A stretch of DNA of 64,000 nucleotides. Source: Acidobacteriota bacterium. Lineage in GTDB: Bacteria; Acidobacteriota; Thermoanaerobaculia; Multivoradales; UBA5704. The stretch is taken from positions 23,714 through 87,713 of the forward strand of contig JAXDKS010000012.1 in NCBI GenBank assembly GCA_034666985.1. Reading direction: 5' to 3'. The notes beneath the pieces were generated by a model. It ran no database searches and was not told the origin of the DNA. It was given only the letters and a program-made list of their open reading frames with translations. Shown here one piece after another: positions 62,884 to 64,000 of this stretch (the first letter of the stretch is position 1; every line of letters starts with the position of its first letter). The translations under genes and the position numbers were made by a program.

Positions 62884-64000
62884 ATGCTCCCTCTGACGCC
62901 GACCAAGCTGGGCCGTTACGAAATCACCGACGAGATCGGCAAGGGGGCCATGGGTGTGGTCTACCTGGCCCGCGATCCGCTCATCGGCCGGCTGGTGGCG
63001 CTCAAGACCTTCCGCATCGGCTACTCCGTCCGCGACCAGGAGATGGAGCAGTTCCGCATCCGCTTCATGCGCGAGGCGCAGAGCGCGGGCATCCTCACCC
63101 ACCCCAACATCGTCACCATCCACGACGTGGTGGAGTCGAGCGAGGAGGGGATGGCCTTCATCGCCATGGAGTACGTGCGGGGGACCAACCTCAAGCTGCT
63201 CCTCCAGGGCGACCAGGCGCTGGGCCTGCCGTTCGTGCTCGACGTCATCGCCCAGGTGGGCGACGCCCTCGACTACGCCCACTCGAACCGGGTGGTGCAC
63301 CGCGACGTCAAGCCGGCGAACATCCTCATCACCACCGACAACCGGGTGAAGATCACCGACTTCGGCATCGCGCGCCTGGACAGCTCGAACCTCACCCAGG
63401 AGGGGCAGCTCCTGGGGACGCCCAACTACATGGCTCCCGAGCAGATCCAGGGCAAGGAGGTGGACCACCGGGCCGACCTCTTCTCCCTGGGCGTGGTGCT
63501 CTACGAGCTGCTCACCCGCCACAAGCCGTTCCAGGGCGAGAACCTGACGGTGGTGAGCCACCGCATCGTCTACGACCACTTCACGCCACCCCGGGAGTAC
63601 GTCCAGAACCTGCCGCCGGGTCTGGAGCCGATCCTGATGAAGGCGCTGGAGAAGGACCCCGCCCGCCGCTACCAGCGGGCGCGGGAGATGGTCGACGACC
63701 TGCGCCGGCTGGTGGATGCGAGCCGGCAGCGCGACGACCTCAACGAGACGCAGAGCCTCTCGTCCACGATGGTGCTGCCGCCGCCGCCGGTCCCTACGCC
63801 CCCGGCCGCGGCCGCGAAGCCGTCGATGTTCAGCCGGTGGCGCAAGGAGCCGGCCCCGCAGCCCGTTCCTCCGGCGCCTCTCCCGGCGGCCGGACCGCCC
63901 CCCCTTCCGCCGCCTCCGCCGGACATTGCCTCAGGCGTCTCAGAGGACACGATCTCCTCCGGTGTGACGCCCCCGCCTCCACCGTCCCTATCGGACACCA
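62884..64000 (+). CDS. Ser/Thr protein kinase with Pro-rich C-terminal region (3' end beyond window)
   Basis: GKGAMGVVY, VALK, HRDVKPANIL, DFG and GTPNYMAPE. The track omits it because it has no stop in the window. Confidence 0.85.
   Translation, partial: MLPLTPTKLGRYEITDEIGKGAMGVVYLARDPLIGRLVALKTFRIGYSVRDQEMEQFRIRFMREAQSAGILTHPNIVTIHDVVESSEEGMAFIAMEYVRGTNLKLLLQGDQALGLPFVLDVIAQVGDALDYAHSNRVVHRDVKPANILITTDNRVKITDFGIARLDSSNLTQEGQLLGTPNYMAPEQIQGKEVDHRADLFSLGVVLYELLTRHKPFQGENLTVVSHRIVYDHFTPPREYVQNLPPGLEPILMKALEKDPARRYQRAREMVDDLRRLVDASRQRDDLNETQSLSSTMVLPPPPVPTPPAAAAKPSMFSRWRKEPAPQPVPPAPLPAAGPPPLPPPPPDIASGVSEDTISSGVTPPPPPSLSDT

Noticed and set aside
1-64000. tRNA/rRNA scan by eye (T-loop GGTTCGAATCC-like motifs, 16S/23S conserved stretches)
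   Set aside because: I recognised no convincing T-arm/anticodon-arm arrangement or rRNA signature. Near-matches at 52391 and 58500 lie inside coding or hairpin sequence. A tRNAscan-SE/Infernal run would be needed to be sure.

Overview
This is a 64 kb high-GC (~68-70%) bacterial chromosomal segment with dense, mostly non-overlapping coding on both strands. The gene content is signal-transduction heavy (Ser/Thr kinases, FHA, ECF sigma/anti-sigma pairs, GGDEF-EAL, CHAT proteases), which resembles Myxococcota or Acidobacteria-like genomes. I call about 55 CDS, no rRNA or tRNA, and no CRISPR array. The seven most notable items follow. (1) 53.1-58.3 kb holds a compact RiPP-like locus: a split class-I lanthipeptide-type dehydratase (LanB glutamylation protein plus a separate elimination-domain protein), two tandem paralogous 55-aa Cys/Ser/Thr-rich precursor peptides with FNLD-like leaders, and an FMO-like flavoprotein, with no recognisable LanC or YcaO. 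(2) 21.1-22.7 kb is a lower-GC two-gene module, an ABC-type (AAA_21-like) ATPase translationally coupled to a small TOPRIM/DUF4276-like protein, i.e. an OLD/PARIS/AbiL-class candidate anti-phage module. (3) Two paralogous modules of ECF sigma, anti-sigma and a TPR-CHAT (caspase-like) protein occur at 7.9-12.2 kb and 45.4-50.1 kb. The first is followed by an S8 subtilase; the second by an MscS-FHA channel and a pseudokinase. (4) 3.70-4.06 kb is an AT-rich island carrying an ordered array of two alternating perfect palindromes, GATATG-N3-CATATC and GGGAAAAT-N-ATTTTCCC. (5) Four other structured repeats are present: a MITE-like nested inverted repeat, a 140-bp palindrome between convergent genes, a 43-bp tandem repeat in a divergent promoter, and a 16-copy 21-bp (heptad) tandem repeat. 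(6) Mobile or accessory items: a Phd/VapC toxin-antitoxin pair, an orphan RHH antitoxin, an HNH endonuclease, a class-3 lipase island and an orphan flavin-dependent halogenase. (7) Housekeeping genes are rne, efp, an EF-G paralog and a class II photolyase.
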